Assembly (NCBI GenBank): GCA_038087875.1
Contig: CM075992.1
Coordinates: forward strand, 9,240,001-9,304,000
From: Malacoraja senta
Taxonomy: Eukaryota
Length of the DNA: 64,000 bases
Direction: 5' to 3'
The translations under genes and the position numbers were made by a program. Below the pieces are notes generated by a model. It searched no databases and was not told the origin of the DNA. It was given only the letters and a program-made list of their open reading frames with translations. Position 1 is the first letter of the stretch, and every line of letters begins with the position of its first letter. Positions 26,702 through 38,165 of the stretch are shown here, piece by piece.

Positions 26702-26935
26702 GGAGCAGCGTCCGGGTAGGGAGTAGTTAAACAGCGCGGGGCTTTGCTTTCCAGACGCCCAGGGACCGTTGCAGAAGGAGGAGCAGCGTCCGGGTAGGGA
26801 GTAGTTAAACAGCGCGGGGCTTTGCTTTCCAGACGCCCAGGGACCGTTGCAGAAGGAGGAGCAGCGTCCGGGTAGGGAGTAGTTAAACAGCGCGGGGCTT
26901 TGCTTTCCAGACGCCCAGGGACCGTTGCAGAAGGA
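26702..26935 (+). repeat. Three perfect 78-bp tandem monomers in the CR1 5'UTR
   Basis: The unit GGAGCAGCGTCCGGGTAGGG...GTTGCAGAAGGA starts at 26702, 26780 and 26858. Confidence 0.95.
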
Positions 26936-27084
26936 CCAAAACTGCAACGTTCCATTCAAGTTTCCTATAAGTGAGGAAGCCGCTGATTGGTGGAAGAGGA
27001 CCAAGAGAAAGCAGCTGATTGGGAGTCAGATCCCTGCTGATTTCCTCCACCAGTTTTGTATTGTATTCAGGGTAAGGGGGGAGT

Positions 27085-28020
27085 ATGAGGGCCAGGGCAG
27101 TTTACTGTTCTGGATGTCAGATGTGGGAGGTCATGGAGTCTGATACCCCTACAGACGTTCACATCTGTGTCAGGTGCGTAGAGATGGGGTTCCTAAGGGA
27201 CCGTGTTAGGAACCTGGAGCAGCAGCTCGATGACCTCCGTCTGATCAGGGAGAGTGAGGAGGTCATAGAAAAGAGTTATAGGGAGGTGGCCACTCAAAGA
27301 CCACGGGAGGCAGACAAGTGGGTCACGGTTAGGAAGGTCAAGGGGCAGAGGCAGGGACTAGTGAGTACCCCGGTGGCTGTACACCTTGAAAATAAGTACT
27401 CCTGTTTGAGTACTGTTGAGGGGGACAGCCTTCCTGCGGGTAGCAACAGCGGCCGGGCCTCCGGCACAGAGACCAGCCCTATTGCTCAGAAGGGTAGGGA
27501 AAAGAAGAGGAGGGCAATAGTAATAGGGGACTCTATGGTTAGGGGATCGGATAGGCGATTCTGTGGACGCAGTCAGGAGACCCGAATGGTAGTTTGCCTC
27601 CCTGGTGCCAGGGTCAGGGATGTGTCTGAACGCGTCCAAGATATCCTGAAATCGAAGGGAGAGGAGCCTGAGGTTGTGGTACATATAGGTACCAATGACA
27701 TAGGTAGAAAAAGAGAAGAGGTCTTGAAAGGAGAATTTAAGGAGTTGGGAGGAGAGTTAAGGAGAAGGTCTACAAAGGTAACAATCTCAGGATTACTACC
27801 TGTGCCACGTGACGGTGAGAGTAGGAATGGAGTGAGGTGGAGGATAAATGCGTGGCTGAGGAACTGGTGCAGCGGGCAGGGATTCAAATTTCTGGATCAT
27901 TGGGACTTCTTTTGGGGAAGGAGTGACCTGTACAGAAAGGACGGGTTGCACTTGAACCCGAGGGGGACCAATATCCTGGCGGGGAGATTTGCAAAGGCTA
28001 CTGGGGAGACTTTAAACTAG
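27085..28020 (+). CDS. CR1 ORF1 protein: C4 zinc finger/leucine zipper + SGNH (GDSL) esterase, 311 aa
   Basis: CSGC...CVRC, then a heptad L repeat, then IVIGDSMVRG, PGA, HIGTND and DGLHL. Frame is uninterrupted. Confidence 0.9.
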   Translation: MRARAVYCSGCQMWEVMESDTPTDVHICVRCVEMGFLRDRVRNLEQQLDDLRLIRESEEVIEKSYREVATQRPREADKWVTVRKVKGQRQGLVSTPVAVHLENKYSCLSTVEGDSLPAGSNSGRASGTETSPIAQKGREKKRRAIVIGDSMVRGSDRRFCGRSQETRMVVCLPGARVRDVSERVQDILKSKGEEPEVVVHIGTNDIGRKREEVLKGEFKELGGELRRRSTKVTISGLLPVPRDGESRNGVRWRINAWLRNWCSGQGFKFLDHWDFFWGRSDLYRKDGLHLNPRGTNILAGRFAKATGETLN

Positions 28021-30723
28021 AACCGTTGGGGGGAGGGACTCAAATAGAGAAAGCTAGTGGAAAATGTGGGAGGCAGGAGGCAGAGAAGGGAAGCACTCGG
28101 ACCCAAAATGTAGGGGAGAAAGAAGAAAAAGATAATAAACAGAGGATAAGTGGTGGTGGGTTTCTTAAATGTGTATATTTTAATGCTAGGAGCATTGTAA
28201 GAAAGGTGGATGAGCTTAGAGCCGGGATTGACACCTGGAAGTATGATGTTGTGGCGATCAGTGAAACATGGTGGCAGGAGGGCTGTGATTGGCAAATAAA
28301 TATTCCAGGATTTCGTTGCTTCAGGGGTGATAGAATTGGAGGGGCAAGAGGTGGGGGTGTTGCATTGCTTGTCAAGGAAGATATTACAGCAGTGCTTTGG
28401 CAGGATAGATTAGAGGGCTCGTCTAGGGAGGCTATTTGGGTGGAACTGAGAAATGGGAAAGGTGTAGCAACACTTATAGGGGTGTATTATAGACCGCCAA
28501 ATGGGGAGCGAGAATTGGAAGAGCAAATATGTAAGGAGATAGCAGATATTAGTATTAAGCACAAGGTAGTGTGTCACGTACATCAATGATCTGGATGAAG
28601 GTGTGGAAAATTGGATTAGTAAGTATGCAGATGATACTAAGATAGGTGGTGTTGTGGATAATGAAGTAGATTTTCAAAGTCTACAGAGAGATTTAGGCCA
28701 TTTGGAAGAGTGGGCTGAAAGATGGCAGATGGAGTTTAATGCTGACAAATGTGAGGTGCTACATCTCGGCAGGACAAATCAAAATAGGACGTACACGGTA
28801 AATGGTAGCGAATTGAGGAATGCAGTTGAACAGAGGGATCTAGGAATAACTGTGCATAGTTCCCTGAAGGTGGAATCTCATGTAGATAGGGTGGTAAAGA
28901 AAGCTTTTGGTGTGCTGGCCTTTATAAATCAGAGCATTGAATATAGAAGTTGGGATGTAATGTTAAAATTGTACAAGGCATTGGTGAGGCCAATTCTGGA
29001 GTATGGAGTACAATTTTGGTCGCCTAATTATAGGAAGGATGTCAACAAAATAGAGAGAGTACAGAGGAGATTTACTAGAATGTTGCCTGGGTTTCAGCAA
29101 CTAAGTTACAGAGAAAGGTTGAACAAGTTAGGTCTTTATTCTTTGGAGCGCAGAAGGTTAAGAGGGGACTTGATAGAGGTCTTTAAAATTATGAGCGGGT
29201 TAGACAGAGTGGACGTGGATAAGCTTTTCCCATTGAGAGTAGGGAAGATTCAAACAAGGGGACATGACTTGAGAATTAAGGGACAGAAGTTTAGGGGGAA
29301 CATTAGGGGGAACTTCTTTACTCAGAGAGTGGTAGCTGTGTGGAATGAGCTTCCAGTGGAAGTGGTGGAGGCAGGTTCGATGTTATCCTTTAAAAATAGA
29401 TTGGATGGGTATATGGACGGGAAAGGAATGGAGGGTTATGGTCTGAGTGCAGGTAGATGGGACTAGGGGGAAGTATTTATTTTTAATTTAAAAAAAATAA
29501 TAATAATTTAAAAAAATTTAAATGTTCGGCACGGACTTGAAGGGCCGAGATGGCCTGTTTCCGTGCTGTTATGGTTATATGGTTATATATGGTTAACATT
29601 TCACCTTTTTATTTAGTTGAAGGATAGAGAGACTTCTGGCGACAATTGCAACTACGAGGAATTAAGGACAAATTCCTTTTAATTCGTAAAATCAGTAAAT
29701 CCTCGATCAGGAAATTAAATAATCGATCCTGACCCTTATTTGAAGCTGCTGACAGCACATAAAGTTTCAAGTCAATGCTGTGGCTTGTTGTCTTGTAGGA
29801 AACACAATCAGCTGAATGTGTCTGCAGTATTTATAAATGGAATTGGACCATTGATGTCATGTGTTTTTGTTGAGGTGCAGAGGACATTCTTTGAATTGAA
29901 CTGTGACAGCAAACAGCCCCCAAGGTGCTTCTCACTCTTGGCTGTGTCCCAATGTTCCCCTGTCCTGGCGCCAACTATATTCAGGGACTGTTAATCAGAT
30001 AAAACCATACGGACACTGCTGATGCTATTCCACATATTAAGCGAGGCAACAATGCAAGAGAGCCGATCATATATTTCCCAAAGATGATCACATAATACTT
30101 CCACAAGGTTGTCTGCCATGACTCTTGCATGGAGGTCACTGGTCGTAAAAAAGCATAATTGAAAGTAAATCTTCTTAAAGTTCCTGTAAGGGAATTATGA
30201 CTAAGCGTTATCTGTTTGTAGTCTTCTCTTTTTTTAAAGGTATTTCCTTTTGTCATTTGCTTTCGTGAAGTAGGTGTCAAGGTTTACTAGGTGTAGAGGA
30301 AATATTACAGCTCAACTTACTGCTGTGTGAGCACAGCTTCGATTGAAGGCAAATTTGCACAGAAAGCTTCTAAGTTTAGTTTAGTTTAGACAGCGCAGAA
30401 ATAGGCCCTTCAGCCCACCGTCTATTCCAGCCAGGGATCCCCATACACTATCCTACACACTAGAGACAATGTACATTTTTTTCCCAAAGCCAATTAACCC
30501 AGAAACCCGTATGTCTTTGGAGTGTGGGAGGAAACCGGAAAAAACCCATGCAGTCACAGGGAGAACGTACAAACTCCGTACAGACAGCACCCGTAGTCAG
30601 AATCAAACCCGGGTCTTTGTCGCAGTGAGGCAGCAACTCTACCGCTGCGCCACCAACAATAGGGGCAATGATATGATGATGACATAGTTTCCACATCTAG
30701 TCCCCCTTCCTCATCCCTCCTTA

Positions 30724-31139
30724 AGGGCCTGTCCCATGATGCGAGTTCACCCAAGAGCTCTCCCAAGTTAAAAAAAAAATCAAACTCGTGGTAAGTACGT
30801 AGAATGTACGTAGCGGGTACGTCGGAGCTCGTGGATGTCTCTTAGCGGCTCGTAATGCTAACGGCAGGTACTCGGGAAACGCGGAAACTCGTGAAGTCTT
30901 TTCAACAGTGTGAAAAATTTCCAAGATTAAAAAAATACTCGTAATGAGGTACCACGAGTTTGATTTTTCGTTTTAACTCGAGAGAGCTCATAGAAACATA
31001 GAAAATAGGCCATTCGGCCCTTCGAGCCTGTACCGCCATTCAATATGATCATGGCTGAACTCGCATCGTGGGACAGCTCTTGGGTGAACTCGCATCGTGG
31101 GACAGCTCTTGGGTGAACTCGCATCGTGGGACAGGCCCT
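30724..31139. mobile_element. Harbinger-like MITE with TTA TSD, internal CR1-tail fragment and triplicated right end
   Basis: AGGGCCTGTCCCA...TGGGACAGGCCCT with TTA on both sides. GAACTCGCATCGTGGGACAG occurs three times at 31057-31134. Confidence 0.85.
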
Positions 31140-31539
31140 TTAAAATGTTACTTTGTTCATCAAACTTCTCAAATAACATCTCCATCCTTACTCTTCCTTT
31201 TCTTTGGATCCATGTGTCAGCTGAGGATCAGTGAGTTGTAAACTCTCATCCCAGTTAGAAGGTTATGCATTCAGGCCACACTTCAGAGGCTTCAGCTCCC
31301 AACCCAGTTTAAGGACAGCTGCACTGGAAGTGATGCTGCATTCTGGACACCAATGTTAAACCATCTATAAGATGTGGTCCAGGTGTACGTAACAGATTCG
31401 ACAGCACAGTTCCAAAGGAAAGCAAGAAAATATGACAACCGAGCATTTTTGCCTTAATAACACATTTTTCTTTTTTTTTTAAAACACCACCACGTTGAAA
31501 GACAAAGTGTTAGAGTGACTCAAAGTGTTAGAGTAACAT

Positions 31540-32130
31540 AGGTTCTTCTGCAGTTGTATAGGGCTCTGGTGAGACCACATCTGGAGTATTGTGTACAGTT
31601 TTGGTCTCCTAATTTGAGGAAGGACATCTTTGTGATTGAGGCAGTGCAGCGTAGGTTCACGAGATTGATCCCTGGGATGGCAGGACTGTCATATGAGGAA
31701 AGATTGAAAAGACTAGGCTTGTATTCACTGGAGTTTAGAAGGATGAGGGGGATCTTATAGAAACGTATAAAATTATAAAAGGACTGGACAAGCTAGATGC
31801 AGGAACAATGTTCCCAATGTTGGGTGAGTCAGGAACCAGGGGCCACAGTCTTAGAATAAAGGGAAGGCCATTTAAGACTGAGGTGAGAAAAACCTTTTTC
31901 ACCCAGGGAGTTGTGAATTTGTGGAATTCCCTGCCACAGAGGGCAGTGGAAGCCAAGTCACTGGATGGATTTAAGAGAGAGTTAGATAGAGCTCTAGGGG
32001 CTAGTGGAGGCAAGGGATATGGGGAGAAGGCAGGCACAGGTTATTGATAGGGGACGATCAGCCATGATCACAATGAAGAGCCGAATGGCCTCCTCCTGCA
32101 CCTATTTTCTATGTTTCTATGTCTATGTTT
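31540..32130 (+). mobile_element. CR1 3' fragment
   Basis: Reads [18 protein letters not shown]...RGHSL; (TTTCTATG)n tail. Same subfamily as 8831-9650 and 47457-47870. Confidence 0.92.
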
Positions 32131-33264
32131 CAACAGGTCAATATTTCTGGAGAACATGGATTGGTGATGTATGATATTGGTGTCAGTGGAGAATGTTCTT
32201 TGTTAGTGCATTATACTTAAAAAATAACATACACCAGGACAGCCCGGTGGTGCAGCGGTAGAGTTGCTGCCTCACAGCGCCGGAGACCTGGGTTCCATCC
32301 TGACTAAGGGTGCTGTCTGTACGCAGTTTGTGCGTTCTCCCTGTGACCACGTGGATTTTTTCTGGGTTCTCCAGTTTCCTCCCACACTCCAAAGGCATAC
32401 AGGTTTGTAGGTTAATTGGCTTCCATAAAATTGTCCTTAATGTGTCGGCGCGGACTCGGTGGGCCAAAGGGCCTGTTTCCGCGCTGTATCTCTAAAGTCT
32501 AAAGGAAATGATGGGATTTGGTTGAAGACAATCCAGCCTGGACTATTTAGTAGGTGTGTAGGAAGGAACTGCAGATGCTGGTTTAAACCGAAGATAGACA
32601 CAAGAAACTGGAGTAACTCAGCGGGTCAGACAGCATCTCTGGAGAGAAGGAATATGTGACGTTTCGGGTCAGTGGACTCAGGGACTGCTGCGAGTTTGCA
32701 CCACAGCACATATGCATAATGATTAGAAGCGGAAAACCTCATCCCACTGGCATTTCACACAGCTGTTGTGGTAAGTGAATTTTATTTTCAAAGCTGAACA
32801 TGTGAAACGGGAAAGGAGGTGATGATTGGACTAAAATGCAAACAAAGTCTGTGCACACCAGCTTATCTTGAGGGAAGCCGCGAGTGTTAGGGGCATGTAG
32901 GTTGCAATGTTCCCTTTCCTGCTGCCCGCAATTCTGTTCATTTAAGGTAAGTTGAGCTCTTAAACAGGAAAATCAGAAGGGCTAGGTATAGAAAGGGAAC
33001 ACTTCCCAATTTCTGGGACTCAATACCAGGACAAACATTGCATATTCAGCTGCGGCATGAATCAGGTCTCTGGGTCATATAACCATGCGTAGCCCATTAA
33101 ACCAGCTTCCTGGTTCTGAAGAAGGGTCCCAACCCAAAACGTCACTGATCCATCCATACCTCTCCTTTCACTGCGTATCCATGTTGCTATCTAAAATCCT
33201 CCTAAACACCAATATCGTACCTGCCTCCTCCACCACCACCCTTGGCAGTGATTTCCGCATGTCC

Positions 33265-33810
33265 CCAACACCCTCTCACCAACTTCTACAGATGCATCAT
33301 TGAAAGCATTTTATCGGGATGCATCACAGCACGGTTTGGGAACAGCTCCATCCAAGACCGCAAGATGTTGCAGAGAATTGTGGACGCAGCCCAGACCATC
33401 GCACAAACCAACCTCCCTTCCATTGACTCTATCTACACCTCACGCTGCCTCGGCAAGGCCAGCAGCATAATCAAGGACCAGTCTCACCCCAGTCACTCCC
33501 TCTTCCCCCCTCTCCCATCGGGCCAGAGGTACAGAAGTGTGAAAACGCACACCTCCAGATTCAGGGACAGTTTCTTCCCAGCTGTCATCGGTCAACTGAA
33601 CCATCCTAGCAACAACTAGAGGGCGGTCCTCAGCTACTCTCTACCTCATTGGAGACCCTCGGACCATCCTTGATCGAATCGTACTGGACTAAACTGGACT
33701 TGCACCAAACGTTATTCCCTTTATCCTGTATCTGTACACCATGGACGGCTCGATTGTAATCATGTATTGTCTTTACGCTGACTGGTTAGCACGCAACAAA
33801 CACTTTTCAC
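33265..33810 (+). mobile_element. Rex1/L2-type LINE 3' fragment
   Basis: Reads NFYRCIIESILSGCIT...HPSHSLFPPLPSGQRYRS...RFRDSFFPAVI. Confidence 0.85.
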
Positions 33811-33992
33811 AATTAAATGAGAGGGCACAATGGTGGTGCAGCAGTAGAGTTGCTGCCTAACAGTGTTAAAGACCTGGGTTCAATCCTGACAATGGGTGTT
33901 GTCTATATGAAGTTTTTATGTTCACCCCATGAGTTTTCTCCAGGTGCTCCGGTTTCCACCCACACTCCAAAGACGTACAGATTTGTAGGTTA

Positions 33993-35714
33993 ACTGGCTT
34001 TGGTAAAATTGTAAATTGTCCCTAATGTGCAGGATAGTGTTAGCGTATGTGGTGATTGCTGGCTGGTGCGGACTCGGTGGGCCGAAGGGCCTGTTTCATT
34101 CCGTACTGTATCTCTAAAGTCCAAAAGCCACTGCCGCCTCTCAGGAAATAAACTGTGATACACAACAGGATACACAACTGTGTATGAAGGAACTGCAGAT
34201 GCTGGATTAAACCAAAGATAGACACAAAATGCTTGAGTAACTCAGCGGGACAGGCAGCCTCTCTGGAGAGAAGGAATGGGTGACGTTTTGGGTCGAGTCC
34301 CTTCACCCATTCCTTCTCTCCAGAGATGCTGTCTGTCCCGCTGAGTTACTCCAGCATTTGGTGTCTATCTATGGACACACGACAACCTAGTCGATTTCTT
34401 GGCATTTCATGGACATAAATGCAGAATAATAATTCTAAGGACAGTTTTCATTGGATTTTCTACCAAGAGTAATTGGAGGTGTGAAAGTGCTCGGGAAAAG
34501 CCATCAGCCGCTTCAGATCCTTAGCAACCCACTCCTGCTCCAGTCGTTCCACCACTTCACTGCGAGTGCTAATTTAAGTCTGCTTTCACGCAGGCTTCTT
34601 GATTACTGAAATAAAACTGCTATTTCCCATCAAGTTTTAACTTGTTTCTACGCCTTCTACTCCACCCTGGCTCTTCCTGACTACTAATCCCTGCATTACA
34701 GCAGCGAGCACCATTTTAAACCAGTCTCCGTGATTCTCCAGAATGTCTCAGTCAAGAAAGGCATGATAGTTTATAAAAAGCCTGCAGGCAAATGCAGGTG
34801 GCAACAAATTCAACCTGAAAATCTACTTATTAAAAAATGATTTTGTGTTTTGTCTGTTTATGTGCACAGGGTGGAACAGCGGCGCAGCAGGTAGAGCTGC
34901 TGCCTCACTGTGCCAGAAACCCGAGTTCAATCCCGAGCTCGGGTGCTGTCTGCGTGGAGTATGCATGTTCTCCCTGAGACCATTTGGGTTTCTTCCGGGT
35001 GCTCCAGCTTCCTCCCACACTCCAAAGACGTGCATGTTTGTAGGTTAATTGGCCCTCTGTAAATAGTCCATGGTGTGCAGGGAGTGGATGAGAAAGGGGG
35101 ATAACAGAACTAGTGTTAATAGGTGATGGGTGATCGTGGACTCAGTGGGCCGAAGGGCTTTCTTCCATGTTGTGAGGCCGCTGCAAGGTTTTCGTTGTAC
35201 CTGTACCTTTTCCCGAGCACTTTCACACCTCCAATTACTCTTGGTAGAAAATCCAATGAAAACTGTCCTTAGAATTATTATTCTGCATTTATGTCCATGA
35301 AATGCCAAGAAATCGACTAGGTTGTCGTGTGTCCATAGATAGACACCAAATGCTGGAGTAACTCAGCGGGACAGACAGCATCTCTGGAGAGAAGGAATGG
35401 GTGAAGGGACTCGACCCAAAACGTCACCCATTCCTTCTCTCCAGAGAGGCTGCCTGTCCCGCTGAGTTACTCAAGCATTTTGTGTCTATCTTTGGTTTAA
35501 TCCAGCATCTGCAGTTCCTTCATACATAGTTGTGTATCCTGTTGTGTATCACAGTTTATTTCCTGAGAGGCGGCAGTGGCTTTTGGACTTTAGAGATACA
35601 GTACGGAATGAAACAGGCCCTTCGGCCCACCGAGTCCGCACCAGCCAGCAATCACCACATACGCTAACACTATCCTGCACATTAGGGACAATTTACAATT
35701 TTACCAAAGCCAGT
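33993..35714. repeat. 508-bp near-perfect inverted duplication (arms 33993-34500 and 35207-35714, 706-bp spacer)
   Basis: The arms are reverse complements across a SINE end, a Penelope unit and non-repeat sequence. One mismatch seen by eye. Confidence 0.92.
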
Positions 35715-35758
35715 GCACGCGACAATAAACTTGACTTCCAGTACAGGTTGCCACTTAC

Positions 35759-35873
35759 CGTTCCAGAGAGAGACCCCACGCGATCACACACACACCTTCC
35801 GGCAGACCCATGGGCAACAGCATTTCTGGACGGAAGACGCCAGAGTTTCCAACTTCTACCCACTTCTTCAACC
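35759..35873 (-). CDS. FARSA: FARSA coding exon (115 bp), motif 3
   Basis: Reads [41 protein letters not shown] acceptor and GTAAG donor. Confidence 0.97.
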
Positions 35874-36969
35874 CTGGAGGAAGCAGAACACATCTCCTTT
35901 TAAATCAGCAGGATAACCCGTCGAGCAGAAGTACCAGCTTACAGGCAAAGTGCATGATCCTAGAACTGGTGGATCAGATTGATGCTCTGTAGTCCTGCCG
36001 CACCAAGTCTTACAGGTCTGAAGAAGGGACTCAACCCAAATTGTCACCTATTCCTTTTTTCCAAACGTGCTGCCTGACCCGCTGATTGACTCCAGCTTTT
36101 TGTGCCTATCTTCCATTTAAACCAGCATATGTTGTTGGTTTAATACACATCGTCTTAGTTTCAAGACCTAGCACGGAAACAGGCCCTTCGGCCCACCGCG
36201 CCGACCAGTGATTCACGTACACTAGTTCTATCCGACACTCCAGGGACGATATTTACTGAAGCCAATTAATCGACAAACCTGTACATCTTTGGAGTGTGGG
36301 AGGAAACCAAAGCACCTGGAGAGATCCCACGCGGTCTCAGGGAGAACGTACAAACTCCGTACAGACAGCACCTGTAGTCAGGATGGAACCCGGGTCTCTG
36401 GCGCTGTAAGGCAGCAACTCTACCGCTGCGCCACCGTGCTGCACATGTGGACTATTTATGAAGGGATCTATTTTAGCACAGTTGAATGGTCTATTAAAAC
36501 TCCTGGGAGGACATTGCTATCTCCCAATGTTACCTCCCAATGACATCCCAAGCCTGCAACGGTTCCGTTGCTGATGTGGAGATGGCCAATAAATACTGGT
36601 CTAGCCAGCAACATGGATAGCTAGCAGTGAATATAAAGAGGCCACGCCTTGCATTTAAACAGCTGCAGATATTGTCCTCCACACTGATGAGGATAAAGGA
36701 GGAATGAAGTCTGCCTACATCATATTCATCAGCTGGCTGTAGGATTACATCTAAATCTGTCTGCATGCTGAATCTGACTAAACCTTGAAAACAATTTGTG
36801 CTGGTTTACACCAGTCAAGCTAAGGGCAGGCAGATTACAAGGGGGAAAGCCATTTGTTTCGTAATACCCTCCATTTCTCATTCCAAAGTAACTGTTAGCC
36901 TCTACAGTTATTGCAACCATTTTGTATAAAACTAGATTCCAGGTTGAAATAAATGCACCGATTCCCACA

Positions 36970-37525
36970 CAGACCTTTCTGTCCTAGGCCTCCTCCATTG
37001 TCAGCGTGAGGCTAAATGCAAATTGGAGGAACACCATCTCATATTTCACTTGGGCAGCTTACAGCCCAGAGGTCTGAATATTGATTTCTCCAACTTCAAG
37101 TAACCCCGGCATTCCCTCTCTCTCCATCCCTCCCTCACCCACCAGCTTCTCGTTTTCACCATTATCGTTACTTTTTGGCATATCTTTCATTCATTGTTCT
37201 TTTTCTCACTACATCACCGTCTATATCTCTTGCTTCCCTTATCCCGTAACATAGAAACATAGAAAATATGTGCAGGAGTAGGCCATTCGGCCCTTCGAGC
37301 CTTCACCGCCATTCAATATGATCATGGCTGATCATCCAACTCAGTATCCTGTACCTGCCTTCTCACCATACCCCCTGATCCCTTTAGCCACAAGGGCCAC
37401 ATCTAACTCCCTCTTAAATATAGCAGGAAGAAGGGTCTTGACCCGAAACGTCACCCATTCCTTCTCTCCAGAGCTGCTGCCTGTCCCGCTGAGTTACTCC
37501 AGCTTTTTGTGTCTATCTTTAGAAA
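36970..37525 (+). mobile_element. Penelope 3' fragment interrupted by a CR1 tail (37248-37422, minus)
   Basis: LSVLGLLHCQ...KLEEHHLIFHLG-like remnant, then a CATAGAAA-tailed CR1 piece, after which the pLTR unit resumes. Confidence 0.75.
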
Positions 37526-37554
37526 TAGATGCACATTGAACTTCATCAGACCAT

Positions 37555-38165
37555 TGAGTATAGATGTTGGGAGGTCATGTTGCAGTTATACAAGATGTTC
37601 GTGAAGCATTTAGAGTATTGTGTTTAGTTTTGGGCACCATGTTATAGGGAAGGATGTTGTCAAGCTGGAAAGGGTGCAGAAAGATTTACGAGGCTGTTGC
37701 CAGGACTCAAAGGCCTGGGCTACAGGGAGAGGCTGAGCAGGTTGCAACGCAGGAGGATGAGGAGTGATCTTATAGAGGCGTACAAAAGCATGAGAGGAAT
37801 AGATCGGGTAAACGCAGGCTCTTGCCCAGAGTGGGGGAATCGAGAACCAGAGGACATAGGTTTAAAGTGATAGGAAGATTTAATAGGAACTTGAGGGGTA
37901 ACTTTTTTTTTACACAAAGAGTGGTGGGTGTAAACTTCACATATACGCCATAAAGGGTGGTGGGTGGCTGCCGGAGGAGGTAGTTGAGGCAGGTACGATC
38001 ATAACGTTTAAGAAACATTTAGACAGGTACATGGATTGGATAGGTTTAGGAGGGATATGGGTCAAACACAGGCAGGTGGGACTAGTATAGATGGGGCATG
38101 TTGGTTGAAGCATGTTGGTAGGTAAGTTGGGCCAAAGGGCCTATTTCCACACGGTATGACTCTAT
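37555..38165 (+). mobile_element. Degenerate CR1 3' fragment. Other CR1 remnants at approx. 13920-14300-, 38510-38890+, 40160-40520+, 44825-45180-, 45475-45745+, 47457-47870+, 55965-56430+, 56590-57210-, 63080-63490+
   Basis: Recognisable RT C-terminal codons and CR1 3'UTR (GGGCCGAAGGGCCTGTT, TCTATG tails). Confidence 0.8.

Larger units (their letters stand above)
26702..29596 (+). mobile_element. CR1 LINE with 5'UTR, intact ORF1 and internally deleted ORF2
   Basis: ORF2 EN motifs (YFNARS, ISETW, GVYYRPP) are joined at ~28570 to the RT C-terminus (YINDL, SKYADD, LEYGVQFWSP). (ATGGTTAT)n tail at 29571-29596. Confidence 0.93.

Noticed and set aside
26702..26935. CRISPR-like or coding repeat (ORFs 26549-27004 and 26689-26955)
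   Set aside because: Head-to-tail 78-bp units with no spacers. The ORFs exist only because the period is a multiple of 3. The context is a CR1 5'UTR in a vertebrate genome.
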